Of a stretch of 64,000 nucleotides of DNA, positions 25,027 to 38,177 are shown in pieces; the first letter of the stretch is position 1; each line of letters begins with the position of its first letter. Position numbers and translations under genes: made by a program. Under the pieces are notes generated by a model. That model saw only the letters and a program-made list of their open reading frames with translations. It was not told the origin of the DNA and ran no database searches. The stretch covers positions 70,804,001 through 70,868,000 of the forward strand of contig NC_043000.1 in assembly GCF_006345805.1 (NCBI RefSeq), given 5' to 3'. Source of the stretch: Octopus sinensis. Lineage: Eukaryota.

Positions 25027-25300
25027 TATCATCATCATTGTCATTTAATACCCATCTTCCATAATGGCATGGGTTGGATGTTTTGACAGCAGCTGGTGAT
25101 TCAGAGAGTTGCAACAGGCTCTATTGTCTGCTTTGGCATGGTTTCTACTGTTAGATGCCCTTCCTAATGTCAACCACTTTACAGAATGTACTGAGTGCTT
25201 TATAAGTGCCACCTGCACTAGAACTTTTTACATGATACCAGCATCAGTGGGGTCACAAAGTAACTTGCAAGACAATGACCCTTCAACAGGGAAGGAGGGT
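25027..25300 (-). mobile_element. Degenerate copy of the RTE 3' UTR repeat with (ATG)n tail
   Basis: atcatcatcattgtcatttaatacccatcttccataatggcatgggttggatg...gatgcccttcctaatgtcaaccac. Confidence 0.75.
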
Positions 25301-25946
25301 AGTATTGATGGAGGTGACTTTGAGCCAGTTGGGAAGTTAACATATAATAGAGGGATAGAGATAGGTGTCTTACTATGGGAAGAGATACTTGGCTACCCAG
25401 TAGGAAAAAGGGGGTAAGAAGGGATAGAGAAAGATAGAGAGTCAGAGAAATAGATGGTGTTGAAGATTCAGTGGAACTTACACACAAGGTAGAGTGGAGG
25501 GAATATAAGAAATACAGAGGGGTGGGGTAGGAGGCTTCATAAGTGTGTTAGGGGACATATTTAGAGATAGTCAAGAGGTAACTGTAGCAAGTGGTGAGAG
25601 AAACTGGAGTAAAATAAAGGTTCAATTCTACTTAAAATTTATTCTATAAGACTTTTTTTTGTTATCATTAGATGAATGTTTTGATAGCTTTATACTGCAT
25701 TAGTACAACTCATTGACAATTATATAATAGTGTTTCAAAGTTTTATATAAATATAGGTGTACAAAAAAAAAAAATAGAAATAATGAAATAGAAAAGCAAA
25801 CAGTGATATGTTTGCGCAAAAATTTGAATATATTGAGTAACATTTAAGTGTTTTTCATCAGTAAGGACGTGACCATTTATTGTGCAGTATAATTATTATA
25901 AACCTAAACAGCCAAAGCTGTTTATAGTCAGTAATAGCAAAGCATC

Positions 25947-26150
25947 CATGCCAGTGACATGTAAAAGTACCAGTGCTGGTGACATGTAAAAGGCACCCAG
26001 TACCCTCTCAGAGTGGTTGGAAGGGAACTAGCTGTAGAAACTATATCAAAATCAGATTAGAACCTGGTGCAGCTCTCTAGCTTACCAGTCCCAGTCAAAC
26101 TGTCTAACCAATGCCAGCATGGAAAGCAGACTTCAAATGATAATGATGAT
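25947..26150 (+). mobile_element. Degenerate copy of the RTE 3' UTR repeat
   Basis: gtgacatgtaaaaggcacccagtaccctctcagagtggttgg...ccagcatggaaagcagacttcaaatgataatgatgat. Confidence 0.75.
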
Positions 26151-28223
26151 AAATTCCTAATTCAAAATGAGATTAATATACTACTTTTTCCTTTTTCATA
26201 TGACATGTTTTTCTTCTATTTTGCATCAAGAGCAGTTTACATTTTTCTTTTCAGGTGAAAAACAATTATTGTTCAATATAAAGCATAGGATGGAAGTTCC
26301 AACTAATGTTTAGCATTGTGTATGGTATTTATGAAAAGGATTTTCTTTATTTTTTCCCCCATCATCTTCAATATAAAGCAGAGGTTAAAGGTTCAAATCT
26401 TGAGGTATTCCCAACTGTCTCTTTTTCCATAAATATGGCTTATTAAAAGAATGTTATGAAAGGTTAAAAAAGCTAAAGTGCACATTTTATTCATTTATCT
26501 AGTCCCTATCCTGTAATTATACTATAGTATGGTACAGACTAACTCATATACATCTATAGAAGTTATCTAAATATAATGGAAAAGCTGGTATCTAGCATAG
26601 AGAAACAAAAAGAAAATTGAAAAAAAAAAAAAAAAGAACCATAATATTAATACTTCTCACACATTACCTGAATATTGCAAATATAAATTCTCTTATAGAG
26701 ATTTTCTATATTCATTTTTCTTTAACCCTGCAAAGATTATTATCAGTTTGAAGCTTCAAAATAACCTTTCCAAAATATTTCACAACTTTTAGTTTGTTGA
26801 CATTATCTAATTAATTACAATGGATACTACTTCCTTGAGATTGTTGGCACTCTATTTGAAATAACTTCAGTAGCTGTTTTAACAGCTTATTTTATATAAA
26901 TAACCTCTTAAAATTAAACATTCTGCTTTTGTTGCATAGATAATTATAAATAAAGTGAAACTCTATCCTGATTAACATCAAATAATATACAAAGTTAACA
27001 TACACAATTTCTTAAAATGTTATAATAAATACAATTTTATCAATAAATATTAATTTAAAAGCAATTATATTAGATAATCTGTTCACATTCATTAGTGATT
27101 CGATTACATGAAGTTAAAACTGAAATCAAAAGTATTGCAAATTAATAATATCATTCTATGTAAACAAAGAGACTCAAGAAAAAAAAACTATTTCAATTTT
27201 AAAATAAATGATGAAGGATTAACAATAAATTGGAATTTTTTATAAAAGGTAAACTCAGGATTTTCTAACAAGGAGAAAAAATTAACTCTAAAATGCTGGC
27301 AGAAGCCCAGATGCATCCAGACTAGTTGCAATCTGAACAACCATGCTTTATCTGTAACTTATCAGTTATGAATAGAAGATCTGCAGTAGGGGAAATATTG
27401 TCAAAGAATGTAGACTGTTGAACTCATACCTACTTCTGCTAATATATTCTGTTTATGTACCACAAATCATATTTAAAACCAAGCACAGACATTAGCAAAG
27501 AGACTCATCATATTTAACTACACAAAATATAAGCACCAAGTTATTCAGGTCAATTTCATAACTTGGCTCTTCATTAATACACCTTCAAATATATTAAAAA
27601 AATTTTGTCTTCTTTTAAAACCAAAACAAATTAGTTATTTTCTCCTGCCAATCTTCTCATAATCAAGTTTATTCAATAGATTTTTGATTGACCATAAAAA
27701 AAATGGAATCTATCAAATCAACAATTCTAATTCCATATTTTTCATCATGAACAGATTACTACTGTAATCATTACTAACCTGTTTACAGTTATATTACCAA
27801 AAAATCCCATTTCTTTAAAATTATGCAAAACCTTTGACAAGTATACAAGCTATGAGTATTATTAAGTTATGTTTCTCAGATGAATTGAAACTAACTAAAT
27901 ATTATCAGTTTTAAAACTACTCTGTTCTTTGAAGGATCTATATTGTTAATGTGTGTGACCTTTGCTAATATGCTAACATGTGGAATTATTTTTCAGTACT
28001 AATTTAGGTTAAATGAGCAAGGAGCATAACTATCTATTCAATCCATTGTACCAGAAAAATAACTGATGTGTAACTCCTAGTTTTGCTTGTAATTGTTTTC
28101 ATGGCATTCAGCTTTTGAAAACATTACAACACAAAAAATACAGGTTGTTCTTTATCAATTAACAAATAATATACAGATATGTGCATACATATACATGCAC
28201 ACACACACATGTACATATACATA

Positions 28224-29454
28224 CAGGGGTTGGATAAAATAATGGAAATACCTTACAATTTCAAACAAATTTATTTTAATATGGGGTAGGACCACCTTTG
28301 GTAGTAATTACAGCTTGAATTGTACAAGGTATGGACTTGTACAAAGTTTGAATGGTTTCCAAAGGAATTTTTGCCCTTTCTTCAGCTAAAACAGTCTCCA
28401 GTTCTTGTAGTGAAGATGGTAGAGGATATCGACTCCTTACTTGTTTTTCTAAAATGCACCATAAATGTTCAATGATATTGAGATCTGGGGACTGTAGTAG
28501 CCAGATAAGACATTCAACTTCACTAGAATGTTCCTCATGCCATTCAGTAACAACTTTAGCTGTGTGAATTGGTGCATTATCATCCTGAAAGACTGCGTTT
28601 CCCTCTGGAAACAGTTCCGCAACCATAGGATGAATTTGATCAGATAAAATGCTTAGTCTTGACTATTAATTCTACCATGAAGGGAAACCATTGGCCAGCG
28701 GATTTCCAAGATGTAGCCCACCAGATCATCACAGATCCTCCTCCATGTTTAACAGCTGGAAGAAGGTAGTCTGGGTCAAATGCTTCTTTTGGCTGTCTCC
28801 ACATGTATACTTGGCCGGTGGTCGGAAATAAGGTAACGGATGACTCGCCTGAGAAAATGACATTCTTCAACTGCTCTAGGGACCAATTCTGTAGGCTTTT
28901 ACTCTATCTAAATGCTTTGCAGTAGTAGTTTTCTAATTGCAGCCTACCTGTGAAATCTGGCTTTGTGCAGCTCCTGGCCAACATTTTTTGTGGAAACTGG
29001 GTTCTCGAGGTGGTCATTAAGCTATGCAGTAATTTTGAGAGCAGTCCTTTTGTGATCCTTTCTAACAATTCGCATAAGGGTCTGAAGGTCCCTATCTGAA
29101 AGTTTTGGTTTCCTTCCGGAGTTTTGTTTCAATGAGGAGGTTTTTCCCCTCTTTCTCAAAGGCTGTCATTACTTTCAAGACAGTACTTGTTGATACACCA
29201 AACACTTCAGGTGGTTTTGTTACACTACCAACTGCTATATGAGCAGCAACAATTTGACCTCTTTGAAAGTCCAATAGATCTGTCATTTTAATGAGTTTTA
29301 ATTACCTTTTTTGAAAAGAAACAGCAATTTTAGCAAAACATTAAGCAACACTAATAATAAATCAAAAAACATAAAAATAAACAAGGTTTTGATGGTTTTA
29401 TAGATATTTCAAAATTATGATGCTAGGTGTTTCCATTATTTTTTACAACCCCTG
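28224..29454 (-). mobile_element. Tc1-like DNA transposon with both TIRs; transposase broken into three frames
   Basis: TA|caggggttggataaaataatggaaatacc ... ggtgtttccattattttttacaacccctg|TA. HTH N-terminus, VKHGGGSVMIW, FQDDNAPIH and QSPDLNIIEHLW motifs. Confidence 0.93.
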
Positions 29455-29589
29455 TATAAACACACACATGTATGCATGCATATGTACATACACATACATA
29501 TATAAAACCACACACACATATATACAGACAGACAGACACACATTTATATATACATATATATATATACATATATATACACACAGATACAT

Positions 29590-29800
29590 AATCATCATCA
29601 TCACTATCATTTAATCTCCATATCCTATGCTGACATACACTGGACAGTTTGACAGGGTCCAGCAACCCACAGGGCTACATTATACTACAATGTTAACTTC
29701 GGTATGATGGTTTCTACAGAGGGATGTCTTTCCTAACAGCAACCACTTTACAAACTGGGTACTTTTCTTGTGCCACTAACATTAGTGACATCACCAAGTA
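29590..29800 (-). mobile_element. Degenerate copy of the RTE 3' UTR repeat, followed by a purine-rich tract to about 30490
   Basis: atcatcatcatcactatcatttaatctcc...ggatgtctttcctaacagcaaccac. Confidence 0.65.
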
Positions 29801-31859
29801 ACTTTCAAGGCAAGAATAGGAAAAGCCCTTTCAACTAAGTGTGGGGAGTATCTGAAATGGGGGACGTGGCTTTATGCCAGGTAATGAAAGTATGATAGAC
29901 AAGTGCAGGTGTCTTGGTATAGAGAAGATACAGGGTTACCTTACATTTTATGTGGGTAGGTGGGAGTACATAAAAAGGCAGTGGTGGGGTGACAGAGCAA
30001 ACCCTCAAGGTACCTCAGAGAGGACACAGACAGTGGATCAGGGGCTAGTTTCATAAGTATGTGAAAGGAGATTGACAGATAGTTGGAAATGAGGGCAGGG
30101 GTGAATGTAAGTGAATGATGAACAAAGGTGGGGGTGCAGTTGTTAATAGAAAATACCTGTATAGAGAGGAGGTAAGGCAGGAGACAGAAATGGTTCAGGT
30201 GGCAGGATAGTTAAGAATGTAGAGAGATACTGTGCAAGGGGAGGAAGATGTGAGGTACATAAGGATGGCTATAGTGAGTGGGGCATGCAAGCAGATACAG
30301 TGTTGAGAATGATGGTGGATATGAGAGATGTCAAAATGAAGTATGGCAGAGAAGAGGGAGACATAACTGAAGGCACAGAAAAGAAGTGAACAGTGTAAAC
30401 AGAGTGGGAAAGAATGATGACTGAGAATGAGGGATGAAGCAAACCAATGTGTTTGAACTGCATCCATCAGTCCAACAGAGGGCACCCTGAGTTAACTATG
30501 GTGCTCTAACACCTTTTTGTCTTAAATGAGAATTTTTTTTCCACAAACAGGTTCAAGTATCTGTGAAACATATTTGACCTGATCTTAAGTTTATTTTCTG
30601 TCACTGCATTGCACATCTATTCACACACACACACACTTTATATATGGTTAGTCAAACAACTTACAATGTGCATTCCTACTCAGTATTCAATTAACTAAAT
30701 AGCTTGCCAGTAATTCCACAAAATGCAAACTGTGACCAATGCCATGTCAAGAGGACAAAGAGATGGAGACGTAACTATATTAGTAGATGAGCATGGTAGG
30801 TTGCATATGCAATATGAACTTGTGAAATAAGTGATGAAAATATTTATGATACATTTAGTGTATATGAGACAACAATGGTGAAACAGAAATGCAATGCACA
30901 TAGTTTTAATCTAATCATTAAAACAGGCATAAAACTAATAGCTAAGAAATGGTTACTTTATATCTGAGGAGTAAACTTTTTTGAAATGCAAGTGAAAGTT
31001 AAAGCTTTTTGCCCAAGAACAGATGACCAGGACCACCCAACAGTAACAACTACCTCTATCTATGTTATATTAGTTCATCATTATGTCCACAGCAGCTAAT
31101 ATCCCGTGAAATGTTTCCAGCTCTCCACTTTTCTAAAGTTGGGTAAAATTTAACTGCCACAGGACTCTCCACTTACTTTTCTTTTTTATTTAGTTGCTCA
31201 TATTTTTGTTTGTTTCCTAAAATTCCACTGCATTTTATAGCAATTCACTAAGAATACTTTTACACTTTCTATTTGCATTTATCCCCTCTTTCAACTACAA
31301 AAAAAAAAATTAATATAGTTTTTTTGCTTCTAAATAAGGATAACCCTAAAATTCTCAGGATATCAAAACCAACATTGTCACAAAGGAAATATTACTATCA
31401 AAACGTATTTCCAAAACTTTTACAGTTGTCTTATCATCACAACAAAAAGATGATCTGCTTATTATACAGGTGTGTGTGTGTCTCTCTCTCTAGTATGTTT
31501 CTGAAGATTTTACTCCTATATATCTTGAAATCTGTCAACTTTCTAGTTCCTAGTTCAATAGTAACCATTTTAAAAACCATTTCACTTATTTTAAAGCAGT
31601 CTTTTGAAAATTGGAAGCCAAGTTTCAACATTATTTCTGAGTACATGAATAGACAAAAAAAAAATTCATCTGTTGTTGACCAAATTATTTTGTTGCCCAT
31701 AGCTGTTTAATTTACAGATAATATATCACTAAAACAATCTTAAAGGCTGTTTATCAAAAGTATTTTAACACTACTGGCTTTTCACAAAACCTGCCACACT
31801 AAACCGTAGTTGTAATTTATATATAAGCAAAATTAATGTAAATAAAAATGCTCAAAACT

Positions 31860-33063
31860 ACACGATTCAAACAGAGCATGCCAGTACGAAGAAGACACGA
31901 TATTATCAATTGGGGAATTCCTTTTCGGCAACAGTTGGCTGGAATGTAGACCAGAGACAATGAGGTTTTTCTTCAAATAAAGTTATTACGAAGGTAAACT
32001 CCCACTAAACAACCAATTATATTTACATGTCATACTCAACATGGGAGCTGTGCACATGTACTAAAATAAAGAGAAAGTAATCAACTAACTTGATGTTACT
32101 TGATCATCGCTAACGGAGGCGGGTTGAAAGGACAGATAATACAATTTCTTAAAAAGAAATTACCTCACATGGGGAGCATGGAGTTGTGATATGCACATTT
32201 TTTTTCTTTGAGCACATTAATGTTTGTGGTGCGAGAAATATTTTTCCTTTCATTAAAAGAAAGGAAAAATAATTTACATAATTTATGCATGTTGTGATTG
32301 CACACGTGCAATGAAATTATTTCGAATCTCTAAAATTTTTCTACACTATCCAGGTCACGAAAGACAAGCGAGGGAAGAGGCGATTCGTCTAGTCGATAAC
32401 AAAACAAGAATATAACCGAAAGCAAAATTTCTATTCAGTACCTATTGTAAGTACAGAAATTAAGAAATAAAAGAAACGCTTTCAAGGAAATCTATATTAG
32501 TAGTCAAAATAATTTATATAATGTGACAAACATGAATCTTAAATACAAATCGAATGTAAGTCACGTCAGTAACCATTATTTACAAGTAGCAAGTAATCAA
32601 TGGTAACGAAGAAACCATGTAAACATTGAAGCAATTTATACAACTACAATGCATTAATAACTGCTGATTAACTGAATCTAAAACTGACGAGTAACAGTGA
32701 CGAAAACATCTGTACATGTAAAGTAAAGCATTGGATAAAAATAAACAAAGAATGAAAGTTTTAAATATTTACCTGTTCCCCACCGACAAGCATCGTATTC
32801 TAAGCCCATGATGAATCTGTTCACAGCGAGTGAAGCAGATGAAGGGGTTAGGGTGGTTTCGAGTGAACGTGAGAAAGTAAATCGGACAACGAAAAGATAC
32901 AGACACTTATACTAAAAGGATAAGAATGGACAGCTGTATCTCAACAAGATTATTAAAACATTGCCGTAGTTGTACTTGATAGCAACAGAGGTCGAAGAGG
33001 CAGAGAGTGTGACCCAAGCAACTTCAGCAACTGTTTACATATACACACACACATTATATATAC

Positions 33064-33105
<42 letters not shown>

Positions 33106-34800
33106 CGAGAGAGAGGGGGTAGACAGACAGACTGATAGACACAGAGAGAGATAACACAAACCAGTTGATATGAAATGAAGAGCTGAGTAATGTTACAGTA
33201 GTTGCCACTACAGCTGGGAGTTGACGATAAAGAAGGCGGGGTAAAAAGAAAAAATAGGAGGAGGGGTACAGAGAGAACGAGAAAGAAACATGAGAAAGAA
33301 AGCGAAGGGGTTAAAACCGAAGACTGAGATGTGTTAGCTAGAGATTCTTCATTTAGTAAATGTAGCGATGATGTAAATGTATACAAAAGACAAAAGAAAA
33401 AAAAAACAGGCGATTACATTAACACCTTTGTATTTTTTAAAAACTAGTTTAGTATGGTTTTTCGTATTTACCAAATACACACACACACACACACCACACG
33501 ATATGCATATTCAACTTTTCAGTAATTAATAAACTTCAATTTTCTTATAAGATTAACTGCAGAAAGATTTTTGACCAAGTGGAAAACAACTTCTGCTACA
33601 TTGCCTGTAGACAGATGTTAATCGCACTTTTATATATAATGTATTAAGCACACGTAGTAATTAAATCACGTCGGACGGGTTGAATATTTTGTTAAGAAAA
33701 GGGATCCAGAACGGTTTGTCAAAGCAAAACAATAAGGTCTGTGTAACAGCATATATTACGGAAAACAAGTGGGACACGCACGCTTAGTTGATAATATGCA
33801 CATGTAGCTTCTACTAATAAAGTACTAAAGATGATAAATAAACAAATTTTGAAACAACCAGTCTGTTAGCAAACGAAGCGGATTTGGGTTTCCTGTGGAG
33901 TTTTAAACACATTTACTTATAACGTTGTAACGGCAATTTTAATTTTATAAATATTTTGATACTATTTTCGAATACGTTTCACAACCACTCGTTGAATATA
34001 GTTTGTAAGAAGTAAAGTGAGTAAAGCTGATTAACTCAGTGAGGACTATTCACTTTAGCAGGTTAGAAACAGGTACGATTTTGAAAATCAGAGATCATTA
34101 AATAAGAAACATACTTTTTATTTAAAAGATAATTTGATTTTATTATACCGACATTATGAACAAATGAGGTAAGTAATTCAGAATATACTTCTTACGTATG
34201 CATTTCCAATTTCAAGTTATAAATATGTATCTTTGAAAACAAAAATACATTAAATTATACATACGTATAATATATATTACATATAAGTTCAACATACATA
34301 TGTAGTGTTTTTTTTTTTTCTGGAGTCATTGGGTGTTCCAGGTGTGTTTTCAAAAATAAATTTAAGACATTAAGGCGTATGATATGATCACGTTTTATTT
34401 TTGTGCAATATCGTATTAGCTATATCACCCCTGGTCAAATTGATGGTAGCAGACACTTTATTAGTATCCTGTAAAATAATCTCTTAAATATACAACTGCA
34501 ACTCACAAAGTAACAATCACATTCACTGATTTTCAATATTTTTCATGCATGGAGTACAAAATTATCCAGCACTAGAAATATCTATGAAGACATGAATCAA
34601 ATAGGCATATTTGGCGTTCAGTTATCTCAAATTCTATTCTTTGTTACGGTTGTTGTTTAGCCCATGGTCAATCTTGATCGAGTTGGTCTATGATCAAAAG
34701 CGTTCCAGCCATGATCATCCGTCTTATTCAACCAGGACAACATTATTCAAATCCTTTGGTTGGTATTTCTAGCAAGCCGTGAGATCACGTCGAGGCTCCC
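31860..34800 (-). promoter_or_regulatory. Probable PFKFB proximal promoter / first-exon region
   Basis: Locally repeat-poor and visibly richer in CpG than the flanks, with a GA-rich tract at 33100-33350. Surrounds the ATG exon. TSS not determinable. Confidence 0.4.
32773..32809 (-). CDS. PFKFB: Probable first coding exon of PFKFB: MGLEYDACRWGT + G (phase 1)
   Basis: ATG in atcATGg context, 37 nt to the donor CAG|gtaaat, phase matches exon 14073. A possible acceptor (ccctaac...gaacag) at 32817 would make it an internal 44-nt exon. Confidence 0.7.
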
Positions 34801-35809
34801 ATACACTCATTTTTAACTTTCTAAAAATGCGACAGTGTCAACTATGTGCGCTTCATTGTTTCCTAAAGCATTTTTATGAAGCGATTTTAGAGTAAAATTT
34901 TTTTAATGATTTATCTAAAAAAACAATAACTATGTTTCCTGCTATTACATTTTATTGGAATTTCGAAGGTATTAAGTTAATCAGCTTTTTCTTACGACAC
35001 TCAATGCAAAAACATTCGCAGAAAGATATTTTAAAATTGCGTGTTGTTCGTCAATAATTTAAGGTAATACCTTTAAAAAAAAAACATTTAATTAGTTATG
35101 GTTTTGCTGGAGCACCCACTTAATGTAAACAAATAATACTTATTCATAATTATGAGAATGTCGACTTGGTAAGCTTAACGACTCATTCGACCTTGAGCCA
35201 AGACGAGAAGACCTGGCAAGGTTAAGGTTATTTCATAATTGAAATGTCACACAGAAAGGCGGGGCCAACGTGTTAGCTTAGCAGAAATCTTGTGAAATGC
35301 AAACTAGGTTAATAATTGCCATCCTTTGTCTGAATTAAATTAGGAGTAGCATATTCTGAGTGATAAACTAAAGGATTTTTTAATTTTAAAAAGATCTTAC
35401 AAGAGTTATAAAATAAACTCGCATTAAAAAAAAAGAAGAACAACAATAATCTTCAAACATTTCTAATGTCCTACAGATTCGTAGGTGCTATTGACAACCT
35501 TATTTTAACAAAGGCTCAGCTGCACCGATCTAAAGAAAAACATCGCGTTGCTAACATAGCTTTTCACATGTGTGTGCAAGAAAGAGGAAAAGGAATCTGT
35601 AGCGTAATGTTTTTGTTCTTTATAAGTTTATGTACTGCAAGTAGCATTATAATTGCTTGTATAATGTTAATATACAGAAAAGGTTTTCATAAGTCAAGGT
35701 GCGCATGAGCATGTTTTTCTATACTGAGGTATAATATTCTCATCAAATCATTTATGTATTCATTTGACCTTAAAAAAAAAAGATAAATTAAAAAATTAAG
35801 GTTACATAC

Positions 35810-35859
35810 CAAATAGAACTCATGCAACAGAGAATTTGAGGTATTCTCAAAGATCACTC
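35810..35859 (-). other. Candidate 50-nt upstream (probably 5' UTR) exon
   Basis: Acceptor gttatcatttttag and donor TTG|gtatgt. Splice signals only. Confidence 0.35.
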
Positions 35860-37183
35860 CTAAAAATGATAACACATTGCTCGCTTAAAATAAACGTTTT
35901 GTAACCTTCAACTTCTTGACTTAATGTGAGCACGTTTTTTGAGATTTTTAAATGTTTAAGTTTCCGTTATATTATTAACATTGAATTGCTGCAAGCATAC
36001 GAAGTTAAAACGCCCCACTGACTATGTAAAAACTATTTACGTTGACACTTTTTTTTACGACAGGCCACCCACTTTGTGAGAGTCTAAAAAAATCGATTTC
36101 TGTATTATCACAAGTATCTCTTTTATCAAAAGAGTGAAATTCAAAATAAGATTAAATTCCTGAGCAACATAAGTCTTTGGCATTCTCATATCATATTCAA
36201 TAGTACAGTAGGAAATATGGGAAAGTTCTTAGCAGCTTGAGTTCAGTTGATTAATTCCACTTAATTTACATATCATTGCTGAGAAAAACTACTCACCGAA
36301 AATTTATGTCTAAATGAAAATATCATTTCCTCTATTAGAATGGAATGTGTCAAGTCTCAAAAGGATCAGGATCGTTACTTTTACTTCTAAAAGACGAAGC
36401 CATGAACCTCCATACAAACATCCAGCAAATTAGTTAAAATCCAGAAGCCAAGGACGGTGGAGGGTTTCTGCATCAACAGAATGTAACCTATTCAAGTTGA
36501 AGAATTTTCAATTAAATAAAGTAGATTTATTGTCAGGAGTGAAAAAGCCGATGTTTTGGATTCTTGGAGTATATAAGTGACCTTCTTCTAGAGACAACTC
36601 CATGACATACTAATTAACCCTTCAATGGTTCAGGATGTCTGACAAGATGGTAGGTAATGATGCGTATTAAATAGGAAAAATTATATAGCATATTATATGT
36701 AATATGTCATGTGCAAATAAACTACAATATGGTAGAAACATAGGTAGTATAAATTGAACCAATGGCTATCCATCTTCATTTATTATATTTTCCCCCTTGG
36801 GCTACATGCTACAAGTACTGATAGACTAGGCATACACATCAGACAGACTGAAGCGTTACTGAGTGGATAACTAGTCATTTAGACCCCATCAATTCATATA
36901 TATATATATATAAGAATTTTTTGCGTAATAAGATAAAAAAACCAAGGCTGTATAGATATTAGAGCATTTATAGCCTTGGTTTTTTTTATCTTATTACACA
37001 AAAAATTCTTATATACACATGCTGACATAGAACCAACATTGAAACAATTATTCGCAATATTACCGAATCTGGAACTGAACTATGGTCTGTCTATAGCACT
37101 TATTCAGCATTATCTGACACCTTTGGGTCTCAATGACATCATTATCTCTTATAACCTCAACTTCTCACTTATATATATATATA

Positions 37184-37729
37184 AAGTGTCAGGTCACTTT
37201 TGAGTGCTACTGGTAACATGTAACCCAGTACAACCTGTTGCATGGTCAGGTCGTCGGAGACTAAACCGGCAACCCCACCAAGCTTGCTTGGTGAGGAGGA
37301 CACCCCTGCAGGATGAAAAACAAAACCCGTCAAAGGGCGGAGGAACTCTTGAGAGTCAACAGCCTTTCAATAAATGTCTTAAGGCTGTATCATGCGCGGG
37401 GACATAGAAATAATCGGACTGAATACCCGATTGCGCAGTTAAACCATTGGGAGTGAAGGACTCCTAGCCTTTGCTAGGGCATCCTTCTAGAAGAAGGTAA
37501 CTCAGGTAACTGGGATAACTCCGATATAAAACCTGCGGCTCAGTGGTTACCGATGATGTTGACTTCTTGTTCTTTTCGGATTATGGCTGCTGTTGCTTAG
37601 TGAGTGGGATTGACTCAGTGCACAGCCTTTCCCCACTTTAAAAAAAATCTTCTTGCACAGGCATTGCACAATAACAACATTGATTAAGCTTCATGCAATG
37701 GCTATACTCGATAACAAGGGGGCAGCCAC
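37184..37729. mobile_element. Structured interspersed repeat between (TA)n runs; possibly derived from a LINE 5' UTR
   Basis: GC-richer than the flanks, at least 8 short hairpins, second partial copy at 1-76. Confidence 0.6.
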
Positions 37730-38177
37730 CATATATATATATATGGATATATAATTAAGATTCAGTTGAATTAGGTACTTAAGTTGAGGCACCAAGTCAG
37801 TCCAGTATTATCTGCACAGCTCAAAGTAAAGTGAATAAAAAGCAAATAAGTAACAAGGATGTCAAGGTATTACAGCCATTTCAGGCAGCTCTATTTAATC
37901 AAACAATGCAAGCATGATATCAATTTGAAAAACAGCACCATCTTCGGATGCATAATATAGGTTTTCAACGTACAGGATACTCCATTATAATTTTTAGCAA
38001 GTATTTCATCAGAACTAGAGAATGAAAGAATTACATGCCACTATTATTGTAGCAGAATGAACTTAGAGAGAAAATACACCAACTATAATTCGGAGTAAAA
38101 TCTTTATTATGATCAAACTGATCATACATAGAAAAGGACATTACAAGACAAACAAATACAAAAAACTATAATTTGAT

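Noticed and set aside
26668-26727. 60-nt exon-like segment on the minus strand (cag...CAG|gtaatg)
   Set aside because: Contains a stop in the phase-1 PFKFB frame, and its own ATG ends in phase 0.
31273-31710. Overlapping 145-aa and 87-aa ORFs
   Set aside because: AT-rich, no recognisable motif or splice support.
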